Positions 9,872 through 17,898 are shown, counted from the whole stretch's first letter. The stretch is 63,984 bases of DNA, filler included, from Acidimicrobiia bacterium (GCA_046759765.1; 8 parts of 8 records of this genome joined end to end with filler, not necessarily neighbours in it); one strand, 5' to 3'. The notes: generated by a model from the sequence alone, not told the origin. Numbers and translations: made by a program.

Positions 9872-10606
9872 TCAGCTCTCAGGGAGTACTGACTCGTCGG
9901 TATTGACGGTCCAGAGGATGTCCGCCTTGGAGCCGGGCGCGACGTCAGGGCTGACGCCGATCTCGATCACTCGATACCAGGCGCCGTTGGCGGGTGCCTC
10001 GTATACGAAGCTCATGCACAGACAGGTAGGCCAGAGCTTGCCGTTGAGCGAGCCGGGCGAGTCCTGGTGTGGCGCGACGATGAACGAGCGGTCCTCGGAT
10101 GATGGGTTCTCGTAGGCCAGCGTCACGGTCCCTTTCTCACCGGGTGCTAGGAAGATCGTGCTATCTGGGATCGGGTCGCCGACCGGGATCGCGGATCCGG
10201 CGGGCAGGGACTCCATTGCCCAGAGTGAGTTGACGGCAGGATCGGGTTCGAAGGCGACCAGCCCCACTCCGGGCAGCGGCTCCGGCAGATAGCCGAAGCT
10301 CAGCCTGACTGCCACCTGCCCGTCGGGCGGGTCCGGAATGTCCGCGGTGCGGTCTAGCAGGTGGGTCTCTGTCCCGGTCACAAACGCACTGACGGTGACC
10401 TCGGCCTGATCGAGGCCGTCTTCAACCGAGGCCAGCTCGTCTTGGGTGTCGGTGATGGTCGCCTGCAGGCCGGCCAGACTGTCGGCGAGTTGTGCTGCGG
10501 CCTGTGCCTGCTCGACAGACTGATCGGACGCCGGTTCGGAGGTCGTACACGCGGTCGCGGCTACCGCCAGCGCCACCATCCATAGGGCCTTGCGACTGGC
10601 TTTCAT
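9872..10606 (-). CDS. Lipoprotein with coiled coil and Cox11/CtaG-like CxC domain
   Basis: Lipobox ATAC; APGE..YENPS...TCLCM resembles Cox11 HPGE..AENx..ECFCF by eye. Confidence 0.6.
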   Translation of the reverse strand: MKASRKALWMVALAVAATACTTSEPASDQSVEQAQAAAQLADSLAGLQATITDTQDELASVEDGLDQAEVTVSAFVTGTETHLLDRTADIPDPPDGQVAVRLSFGYLPEPLPGVGLVAFEPDPAVNSLWAMESLPAGSAIPVGDPIPDSTIFLAPGEKGTVTLAYENPSSEDRSFIVAPHQDSPGSLNGKLWPTCLCMSFVYEAPANGAWYRVIEIGVSPDVAPGSKADILWTVNTDESVLPES

Positions 10607-10616
10607 GTTCGGCCTC

Positions 10617-11336
10617 CTATTGGTCGAGGGCTGCGACCGGCCACACCATCACCGCCTTGGCACCAGGAGGGGTGTCCGGACCTACTCCTACTTGGATCAC
10701 CCTGGAGAAGGTTCCTCCCGCAGGAGCCGAGAACGGAACGGCTGCGCACCAGCAGAGGTTCCTCACATAGGGCAATGCGGCCTGCGGGTCGAGCGTGCCG
10801 CCAGGCACGAGAAAGCGAATCTCCTCGTCGGTGGGATTCTCGAAAACGACCTGGAGCGTATAGAGCACTCCCGGATCTACGAATGCCAGCCCGTCCACCA
10901 GCTCAGGGCCCGTCTCGATAGCCTCACCGGCCGGCAGAGAGACAGTATCGAAAAGCTGAGCCCCTTCCGGCGCCAGGTAGAACTTGAACTCCCCAGGGAA
11001 CGCGGCATCCACGACTTCAGCGATGAACTGCACCGCCACCTGACCGGCGGGCGGGTTAGGTATGAATGTGGCCCTGCTGGGACCGACCCTCGCGAAGTCA
11101 AACTGCAAGGTCGCCTGCAATTCCTCTACGGCGGCCAAACGGTCAGAGAGATCGTGTGCGCTGGTGTGTAGTGCGTCTGCTTCGGCAGCGATCTGACCCA
11201 CTGCGACGTTGAGTTGGTCGAGCGCCTGCGTGACCTCCTCGTCGGCGGTGCCCACACCTCCAGTCGTGCAAGCCGCTGCAAGCAACACAACCGCGACCAG
11301 GCCCGCGGGCAATCGAAGTGCTCGTAAGGCAGCCAT
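10617..11336 (-). CDS. Lipoprotein, paralogue of 9872..10606 (Cox11-like, LCWC motif)
   Basis: ATG 11336 after GGAGG; lipobox LAAAC; PPxGQVAV, ENP, CxC, RVIxxGVxPD and PGxKA shared with neighbour. Confidence 0.65.
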   Translation of the reverse strand: MAALRALRLPAGLVAVVLLAAACTTGGVGTADEEVTQALDQLNVAVGQIAAEADALHTSAHDLSDRLAAVEELQATLQFDFARVGPSRATFIPNPPAGQVAVQFIAEVVDAAFPGEFKFYLAPEGAQLFDTVSLPAGEAIETGPELVDGLAFVDPGVLYTLQVVFENPTDEEIRFLVPGGTLDPQAALPYVRNLCWCAAVPFSAPAGGTFSRVIQVGVGPDTPPGAKAVMVWPVAALDQ

Positions 11337-11628
11337 CTGGCCTCCTTCCCCGGCGTCCGATTCGAGCTGGAACTCAGGCTCGGAGAACAATAGCAATTGG
11401 ATAACCCAATGTCTCGCGGCATCAGGCTCGTCTGGACACCCGCGGTACATAGGATCGAGATCCCTATGCGTCCGCATTTCGCTTGGTAGAGCTTCGCTCC
11501 ACAATCCCGACTTCTCTCGCATCTCCGATCGCTCAAACCCGATACTTCGGGAGATTCACATGACTACAGTGCACGATTCCGACACATGTCCATGCTTCAT
11601 CGCAGGTGACAAGGAATGGGAGGCCGCC

Positions 11629-11898
11629 ATGGCACGCTTCATTGTCAGCAACCAGCATCTGGCCGAGGACTGTCCCCAGCTCTCGAAAGAGCTCGTCAGC
11701 TATTACGACGCCGGCGAGGGCGAGGGGGCGATTGGCGTCTACTGCACTTGTTCCATTGGCGAGCACCGCATGCATTTCATCACCCACGCAGGTGGGCCAA
11801 CTGAAGCCTTGGCAGCGATACCGCCTGAATTCCTCCGAACATCAACGACGGTATCCAGGGTTGAACCGGCGTATGACTTCGCAAGTAGGGGCGCCTAG
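11629..11898 (+). CDS. Small His/Cys-rich putative metal-binding protein (H..EDC...YCTC..GEH)
   Basis: GGGAGG RBS before ATG 11629 (alternative ATG 11560). Confidence 0.65.
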   Translation: MARFIVSNQHLAEDCPQLSKELVSYYDAGEGEGAIGVYCTCSIGEHRMHFITHAGGPTEALAAIPPEFLRTSTTVSRVEPAYDFASRGA

Positions 11899-11964
11899 GA
11901 ACCTCGCCTCAGCCCTTAAGACCTCGGGGGGCGAGCCTTCGATCGGCAATGTGGCACTTGGCCT

Positions 11965-12669
11965 CTACCCGGCTGCCGCTTTCTTTCGAAGCGCGCGGGT
12001 GGGCTCAGTCCAGGTCTGGCGTGCTAAATCGAAGGCTTCCTCGGCAGTGAGGATGGCGATGTTGGGCAGATTCTCCAGGGCTTGCTCGGCGATCTCTCGG
12101 GAGGTAAAGAAGAGCATCGAGCTGCAGACCTCTGACTGGGGACCGACCACGGGCTGATCGTCCCCGGTCTCGGTGGGGTTCCTCCCGGGCACGAAGACAG
12201 AAGTCACCGCGGAAGGTGGGTCTACTTCAACGACTTCGTCGGCTGTGACGGTAAGCCGTATGGTGCCTCCTGTCACCGTGTCCGTCGATTCGATCTCCCC
12301 TGTGGTCTCCAGGACTCCTGGCAGCAGGATCGTGTCCAAGGAGCACCATGCGTAGAGGTCGTTGCCGTTGATCCGGATGCGGTGTCGGGTTGGCTTGAGG
12401 GTGAGGGCCATTCCGATGAAATCGCCGTTGTCGTTGAGCTGTCCGCCCGCCGCGTCGATCGCTTCGAAAAGGTCGTCGATCTTCTGTCTCGGGAGGCCGA
12501 GGAGCTCAGACGCCCGTTGCCGTGAGACAGGCTGGCCCTTTGACAGCTCCTCCAGAAGCCCGATTTGCATCAGGGGCGAGGTGTCCACACCGGCAGCTTC
12601 GTGCTTGGTCGCGACTCTCGCCGTCCACGCCGCGGCTACTTCTTCGGTGGATGGTCTCGACACCGTCAC
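11965..12669 (-). CDS. merB: Organomercurial (alkylmercury) lyase family protein
   Basis: N-terminal HTH-like part; LTLKPTRH; YAWCSLD (catalytic Cys/Asp); second Cys in VCSSMLFFTS. Confidence 0.88.
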   Translation of the reverse strand: MTVSRPSTEEVAAAWTARVATKHEAAGVDTSPLMQIGLLEELSKGQPVSRQRASELLGLPRQKIDDLFEAIDAAGGQLNDNGDFIGMALTLKPTRHRIRINGNDLYAWCSLDTILLPGVLETTGEIESTDTVTGGTIRLTVTADEVVEVDPPSAVTSVFVPGRNPTETGDDQPVVGPQSEVCSSMLFFTSREIAEQALENLPNIAILTAEEAFDLARQTWTEPTRALRKKAAAG

Positions 12670-12705
12670 TCACTCCCCGATCCGCGTCCGTCGATGAGAT
12701 GCAAC

Positions 12706-12723
12706 GATCGAGGTTCTTCGATC
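12706..12723. promoter_or_regulatory. Putative ArsR-type operator upstream of merB1
   Basis: GATCGA-ggttct-TCGATC; same ATCGA-n6-TCGAT core as at 16067-16112. Confidence 0.55.
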
Positions 12724-12785
12724 TATTCCGGAGGAAGCTCGGGTGTTCTCCCAACTATCAGATGGTCACGCCGGTGAGGGAGCCC

Positions 12786-13184
12786 TCAGTCTGGCGAGAT
12801 GATGGGACAGATCAACCCGGGGCTGCAATCCCCCGGGCTCAGCCGCTCGGCTCTCTCGGCCAGTCGGTGAAGTTCCTTCTTGATGTTGCGAAGAGCTTGC
12901 ATCCGCTCGTCAATCTCCGTGAGCTTTCTCTCGACGAGGTCAGCGACATGTCTACATGGTGCCTCGCCGCCGTCCCGGATATCAAAGACGGCTCGCACCT
13001 CCTTGAGGGTTAGCCCGGCTCGTTGGGCTGAGCGGACGAAGCCGAGTCGTTTAGCGGCCTTTTCGTCGTAATCGCGGTACCCCGAAGGCGTGCGATCGGG
13101 TGGGGGAAGGACGCCAACGTCCTCGTAAAACCGGATGGTTTTGGCAGGCACTCCCGTTTCGGCGGCCAGTTGCCCGATTCTCAC
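12786..13184 (-). CDS. MerR family heavy-metal-responsive regulator
   Basis: MRIGQLA..TIRFYE..RTPSGYRDY HTH; APC and C-x5-CPI metal ligands; GTG 13184. Confidence 0.93.
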   Translation of the reverse strand: MRIGQLAAETGVPAKTIRFYEDVGVLPPPDRTPSGYRDYDEKAAKRLGFVRSAQRAGLTLKEVRAVFDIRDGGEAPCRHVADLVERKLTEIDERMQALRNIKKELHRLAERAERLSPGDCSPGLICPIISPD

Positions 13185-13190
13185 GAGGAG

Positions 13191-13222
13191 ATCACCTTCC
13201 ATTCCGCTGGAAGGTATATAGT
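13191..13222 (+). promoter_or_regulatory. MerR-type operator and long-spacer promoter
   Basis: ACCTTCCA-n6-TGGAAGGT (13194-13215) lying between ATCACC and TATAGT, spacer 20 nt. Confidence 0.75.
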
Positions 13223-13247
13223 AGCGCAACTTTGTGAAGGGCCACAG

Positions 13248-13559
13248 GTGGAGGTCACGCTCCAATATTTCGACGACTGTGCCAACTGGAGGGTTGCGTT
13301 GAGCCGGCTGCAAGAGGTCCTGGGTAAGGACCACGAGATCGGTCTACAGCTGGTTGAGACGTTCGAAGACGCGGAGCGGCTGGGTTTCCGTGGCTCGCCC
13401 ACCGTGCTGATCGACGGAGCAGATCCTTTCGCCGACGCGTCGGCCCCGATCGGGTTCGCGTGTCGTGTGTATCGGACCGAGGGCGGAATGGACGGCGCCC
13501 CCTCCATCGAGCAGCTTCGGGATGCCCTGGGCAGGGACGCTGATCGAGGCTCACAGTGA
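13248..13559 (+). CDS. Thioredoxin-like mer-associated protein (YFxxC...FxGSPT...ACRVY family)
   Basis: Divergent from merR; motifs YFDDCANW, FRGSPTVLIDGADPF, ACRVY. Confidence 0.82.
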   Translation: MEVTLQYFDDCANWRVALSRLQEVLGKDHEIGLQLVETFEDAERLGFRGSPTVLIDGADPFADASAPIGFACRVYRTEGGMDGAPSIEQLRDALGRDADRGSQ

Positions 13560-13577
13560 CTTGTACGAGGTACCGTC

Positions 13578-14336
13578 TCAGCTCGTGCTGCTCACCACAC
13601 GCCACTGGCCCGGGCAACCCTCACAGTCCTGCCAGATCTGATCTGGCGGCTCGCCCCGCAGAAGACGCTCCGCCTCTTCGCGTAGCAGCACCCCGATCAG
13701 TTGTCCCTGAGGGTCGGTGACGATAACCAGCCTTGTTCCTCGTTTGGCCATCCGATCGACGAGAGGTTGGAGGAGACCGTTCGGTCGGACAGTGGTCGGA
13801 CCGAGCTCCATAACATCCCCCACTCGACTGTGCCCTTCGGTTTCCCAAGCATCGCTGCGGAGTCGGCCCAGGACCAGCGTGTCGCAGTCGATAACGACGC
13901 ACTCGTCCCACGCGGCGTCAAAGGTTCTACGCCTTACGTCACCGAGGAGCTCGCCCGGCGTACAAGTCGGGATATCGGGACGGGTCGAATCGCTTACCCG
14001 CTGTACGGCAGGAGCCTCGCCTTCAACCGGAAGCCCAGCAGCCTTCCAGTCGGCAATCCCTGCGACGTAGTCGTAGACCATTTCGAACCCAAGACTTTCG
14101 AGCCGGCACGCGGCTCGCGGAGACATGTCTCACAACCCATCATGTCAATAGACCACCACCGGCTTGTCATCCCGCAACACCGATACGGTCTCCACGCTGA
14201 GACGGCGCAGCGGGATGCTTATAGCCCCCGGGATATGCGACTCCGAGAATTCCCATTCAGGGAGGACATCGACAATCTGCGCATCCTCTTCCTCCGTGAG
14301 TCGAAGCAACTCCCTGCGGTCAATAGAGGTAACCAT
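13578..14336 (-). CDS. Rhodanese-CBS fusion selenoprotein with two in-frame UGA (VVVY-U-HDGL-U-DMSPRAA), 252 aa
   Basis: TGA at 14145-14147 and 14130-14132 join ORFs 14145..14336 and 13578..14126 in frame; SHIPGA and [13 protein letters not shown] rhodanese motifs flank them; CBS-like C-terminus; hairpin 14099-14117. Confidence 0.85.
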
Positions 14337-14703
14337 CCGAGTCTCCTTTCGCTCGAGGCCTTAACCGTCACCGGCGGCCACGCTTGGGTTTGCGAAATGT
14401 CGGGCTCAATCGGGCCTTGCGCCGACGGTCCAAGGCGCCGGATGCCGACATGGGCGATGCCTGTGCCATCGACACTGTCTTCCTTGTTCACGGTTCAGAG
14501 CAACAACCCATCGCGTCAACACAATACGAGCATGTAACCGACCGGTGCGACGTGTGCCTCCGTCCCCGCGCAGCGACTCAGGCACAGAGGTGCGATCTGG
14601 ACGCTTGAAGGTCACCCTTATGCCTTGCTGCGTATACCCGGACGTTCCGCCCTGCCGGAAGCGGCTCTCATGCTGTGGGTGCAGCTTCCTCCGTAAGGCT
14701 GCG

Positions 14704-14760
14704 ATGGCTCAGCTGCCAACGGGCGCGGTGGCATTCCTGTTCACCGATATCGAGGGTTAG
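14704..14760 (+). pseudogene. Remnant N-terminus of an adenylate cyclase gene (MAQLPTGAVAFLFTDIEG)
   Basis: Near-identical to the start of the 46204..48834 protein (MVELPTGTVTFLFTDIEG); ends at the stop of the convergent gene. Confidence 0.7.
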
Positions 14761-15227
14761 TAGGTGCTCGGGTAACGGGTCTGGAAGTCGATGAGCCCAA
14801 CCCATTCCGGTTTCACGGTGATGCGAGCCATGCCGTTGAAGGTGGCTTTGGCGTGGTCGCGGAATCGGGCGCCCTGGGTCGGCCCGAGGTAGCGGAGCGC
14901 CGACTCGGCGTACTCGTCGACCGCGCCTTCGACGATCTCGATTTCGGCTCTTCCTCGGACGAGCAGGATGCTGTAAGGGGGCTTCTCGCTGTCGACGGTG
15001 ACCGCCACCGCCGGGTTGGCGCGGAGGGCACGGACTTTGGGTGAGGCTCCTGCGGCTCCGAACACGAACTCGGTGCCGTTCCAGGTGAACCAGATCGGCG
15101 TGACCCGAGGAGTGCTGTCGGGAGCGATATAGCCGAGCCTTGCCGGGATGGCCGACTCGAGAAGCTGTTGGGCAACCGGGTGGTCCAATAAGTGGAGGTC
15201 GCCCTGGGGTAGCTGATCGAGGGACAT
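14757..15227 (-). CDS. Pyridoxamine 5'-phosphate oxidase family (PPOX-class) protein
   Basis: ARLGY...PRVTPIWF...KVRALRANPAVAVTVD; ATG 15227 after AAGGAGG. Confidence 0.88.
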   Translation of the reverse strand: MSLDQLPQGDLHLLDHPVAQQLLESAIPARLGYIAPDSTPRVTPIWFTWNGTEFVFGAAGASPKVRALRANPAVAVTVDSEKPPYSILLVRGRAEIEIVEGAVDEYAESALRYLGPTQGARFRDHAKATFNGMARITVKPEWVGLIDFQTRYPSTY

Positions 15228-15244
15228 ATCCACCTCCTTCGCGA

Positions 15245-16003
15245 TCAGCAAACCTGGGGTGCGTTCTGGTCGACCACGGGTCTCCACATGGCAGCAGCGT
15301 CTTCGGCAACTCCGGCCACGGAGACGATCTCGCCGTCCAGCTGGTGGTCTTTTACCCATTCTTCGGCGGCATGGCGGCTGGTGAAGAAGTTGACCATCGG
15401 GCACCAGGTCTCTTTCAAGTTCACGTCTGCGTGACCATCAAGAATGAACAGCGTTGCATCTCCTTCCGGCTTGCCGTTGCGGAAGGTGATCTCGATCTGG
15501 TCGCCGGTGCCGGGATCGGTGGAGTGGACCGTCCCATCGCCTCCCAGGGCGCCCAGGATCCCGACGGCGTCAAGCGCGCACCATGCCCAGCGAGTGGCGC
15601 CTTCAATATGGATACGATGGCGGGTCGGCTCAATGGAAAGCCCCGCAATGCCCGTCAGACGACCTTCGGGGTCGAGCTCGACACGGCCTCGGGCTCCGGC
15701 CCGATTCATAACCTCGGCGAGAGTCGATCGATCGACACCAGCCGACGTCGCCCAGGTCCCCTGGTCCACCGGATGACCCTGCTCGAGAAGCAGTCGGAAG
15801 CCGGCGGATCGCAGTGCCGCCACCTCAGGTGAAACTTCCTCCTCGTGAAGCTCGGAGAGAGCCTCCGAGCCTTCGTACCCGTTCGCCGGGACAGAACAGC
15901 ACGACTCCAAGGCGCAGTGTGAATCTGACGAATGAGCAGTACTGGCGCGCGGGGCGCAGCAGCTCGCGGCCACGTTGGGGTTGTGGTAATGGGCGGTAGT
16001 CAT
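15245..16003 (-). CDS. merB: Second MerB-like lyase with Cys/His-rich N-terminal extension
   Basis: GLSIEPTRH, WAWCALD, WCPMVNFF; N-terminal SCC..HC..SCC; ATG 16003 after AAAGGA. Confidence 0.85.
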   Translation of the reverse strand: MTTAHYHNPNVAASCCAPRASTAHSSDSHCALESCCSVPANGYEGSEALSELHEEEVSPEVAALRSAGFRLLLEQGHPVDQGTWATSAGVDRSTLAEVMNRAGARGRVELDPEGRLTGIAGLSIEPTRHRIHIEGATRWAWCALDAVGILGALGGDGTVHSTDPGTGDQIEITFRNGKPEGDATLFILDGHADVNLKETWCPMVNFFTSRHAAEEWVKDHQLDGEIVSVAGVAEDAAAMWRPVVDQNAPQVC

Positions 16004-16066
16004 GATCAAAGGTCCTTTCTCGTCAGCAAACTGTGACATCCCGAACCAGAAGCGACGTTAACTCCA

Positions 16067-16112
16067 CCCATCGAGATTCCTCGATGGGAATAAACCATCG
16101 AAGTTTCTCGAT
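16067..16112. promoter_or_regulatory. Two ArsR-type inverted repeats between divergent merB2 and arsR
   Basis: CCCATCGAG-attc-CTCGATGGG (16067-16088) and ATCGA-agtttc-TCGAT (16097-16112). Confidence 0.7.
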
Positions 16113-16133
16113 TAATCCCCGTGGAGGTTCAAA

Positions 16134-16514
16134 GTGTCAAAGGTTGGACAGATCACCTGCGAATGCGAGACCACCACCGCTTGCTGTGTGGCGCTCGAGG
16201 CCGAACCCATTGACGAACCCGTCGCCGAAGATCTAGCTGCCGGCTTCAAGGCACTCGGTGACCCCTATCGCGTGGCGATCGTTCATCTCATCTCCGGCGC
16301 CGCAGGACCGGTGTGCGTCGTAGACATCGAACGGCACCTGCCTCTTGCCCAATCCACGGTCAGTTATCACCTGAAGTCTCTGGTCAATGCTGGTGTGTTG
16401 GATCGGGAGCGTAGGGGCCGGTGGAGCTACTACACGGTCCGTCCCGAGCGGCTCGACACCCTCACCGAATCACTGGATAAGTACGCGCAGAGGATTAGCG
16501 CAAGCAGTTCTTGA
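16134..16514 (+). CDS. ArsR/SmtB family metalloregulator with N-terminal CxC..CC
   Basis: FKALGDP.R, VCVVD, QSTVSYHL, ERRGRWSYY. Confidence 0.93.
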   Translation: MSKVGQITCECETTTACCVALEAEPIDEPVAEDLAAGFKALGDPYRVAIVHLISGAAGPVCVVDIERHLPLAQSTVSYHLKSLVNAGVLDRERRGRWSYYTVRPERLDTLTESLDKYAQRISASSS

Positions 16515-16541
16515 CCTTCCAGCTGGTGGAACCCGTACGGT
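16511..16541 (+). promoter_or_regulatory. MerR-type promoter (19-nt spacer) upstream of the CcdA-like gene
   Basis: -35 TTGACC at 16511-16516, -10 TACGGT at 16536-16541, dyad (ACC)TTCCA-gctgg-TGGAA between them. Confidence 0.7.
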
Positions 16542-16574
16542 TGAGACGCTGACAGCCCGTACGGGTGATGATCG

Positions 16575-17405
16575 ATGGATGAGGTGACCGCTCGCCGAAG
16601 GGCTCGGGTCCGGTTCGGAGCGACAGCACTCGGTCTGGTCTTCGTCGGTGTGGCCGGATACTTGGGCTTCGTCGCCTTTGTGGGCTCTGGCCGCCAAGTG
16701 GCTGCGGGTGTGATGGTGCTGGCAGCAGTGACCGGGTTCGCTGCGTTTTTCTCGCCGTGTTCGTTCCCTCTGCTGCTGACATTCCTCGGCAGACGATCGA
16801 CCGAGTCACCTGGTGCGGCGCTGGCGAGCGCGCTGCGGGTCGCGGCCGGGGCCGCGTTGCTGCTCGGCGCCGTGGCCGCGGTCATTGCTTTGGGAGGGTC
16901 CGCCCTGGGCGGCGTCGTCGAGTTCGACAGCACCGTCGGGAGGCTGTTTCGGCTCGGCGTTGGGCTGTTGTTGGTGTTGTTCGGACTCCGTCAGGCGAGG
17001 CTGTGGGACGTGCGCATGCGGTGGCTGGATCGGATCGCCGGACTGTCGGCCCGGGTGTTTGATCCCGGGCGAGCCACCAATCCTGTCCGCAGTGACGTGG
17101 TGTATGGCCTTGGGTATCTGCTGGCCGGGTTCGGGTGAACCGGGCCGCTGCTCGCCGGTCTGGCAGCTCAAACCTTGACCGTGGGGGCGACGCAGACCGC
17201 CGCGGCCTTCACGGCCACCACCATCGTGTTCGCGCTGCTGCTAGTCGCCGCATCAGTCGTCGTGTCGACTGCCAGCAGCGAGGCTTTGCGCCCGGTCAGG
17301 ATGACCGGACCCGCAGTAAAACGATGGTCCGGCTACGTCCTTCTCGCTGTTGGTGCCTGGTTCATCGTCCTCGCCGCGTTACCCAGTCCGATCCTGGGGT
17401 CTTGA
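16575..17405 (+). CDS. CcdA/DsbD transmembrane-domain-like selenoprotein (SPC ... G-U-TGP), 276 aa
   Basis: FFSPCSFPLL first Cys; TGA 17136-17138 at the second-Cys position (GCTGP); in frame with ORF 17175..17405; SECIS-like hairpin 17147-17167. Confidence 0.85.
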
Positions 17406-17687
17406 CCTCCAATCCGATCCCAGGCATCGCCGAGTTCGCTGAGGTTCCTCACGCGCCTCGATCGAGTGAGTGGGCTGAGGCAAGACGCCGCTCCTTATGG
17501 AAGCGGACGGAGGACGGCTCGATATCGGCCCTCCTGGCTTCTTCGACTCTACGCATCTACCTGGAAGCAGGCCCCAACCGGTGAAAAGGACACCCGCTTA
17601 GGCACTGTCCAGCGCGCCTACCAACCTGAGTGACGTGGAGGCCACCGCGTCTGGCAGCCTCCACTGAGTCGGCTCGTTTCAATTTTC

Positions 17688-17759
17688 GTGGGCCCACCCG
17701 GTTCAGCTTCCGGCGTGGGGACTTAGGGGAGCAGCAGAAACCTACGGATTATGAGTCCG
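17688..17759 (-). pseudogene. Interrupted 3' half of a CAT-anticodon tRNA (Ile2/Met); possible att remnant
   Basis: Minus strand reads CGGA-CT-CAT-AA-TCCG-TAGGT (17740-17759) and an acceptor-like GGGTGGGCCCAC (17688-17699), separated by unrelated sequence. Confidence 0.5.
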
Positions 17760-17798
17760 TTTCAGTACGGCTGTGTGGCCAGCGGAATCGTTTCAGGC

Positions 17799-17898
17799 NN
17801 NNNNNNNNNNNNNNNNNNNNNNNNNNNNNNNNNNNNNNNNNNTTAATTAATTAANNNNNNNNNNNNNNNNNNNNNNNNNNNNNNNNNNNNNNNNNNNN
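17799..17898. other. Artificial contig linker
   Basis: N run + TTAATTAATTAA + N run. Confidence 0.99.

Noticed and set aside
9352..9874. TGA stops at 9872-9874 and 9368-9370 are in frame with the next genes (possible readthrough)
   Set aside because: Each downstream gene has its own ATG and signal or anchor sequence, and the UGAs are not at Cys-motif positions. Being in frame is expected one time in three.
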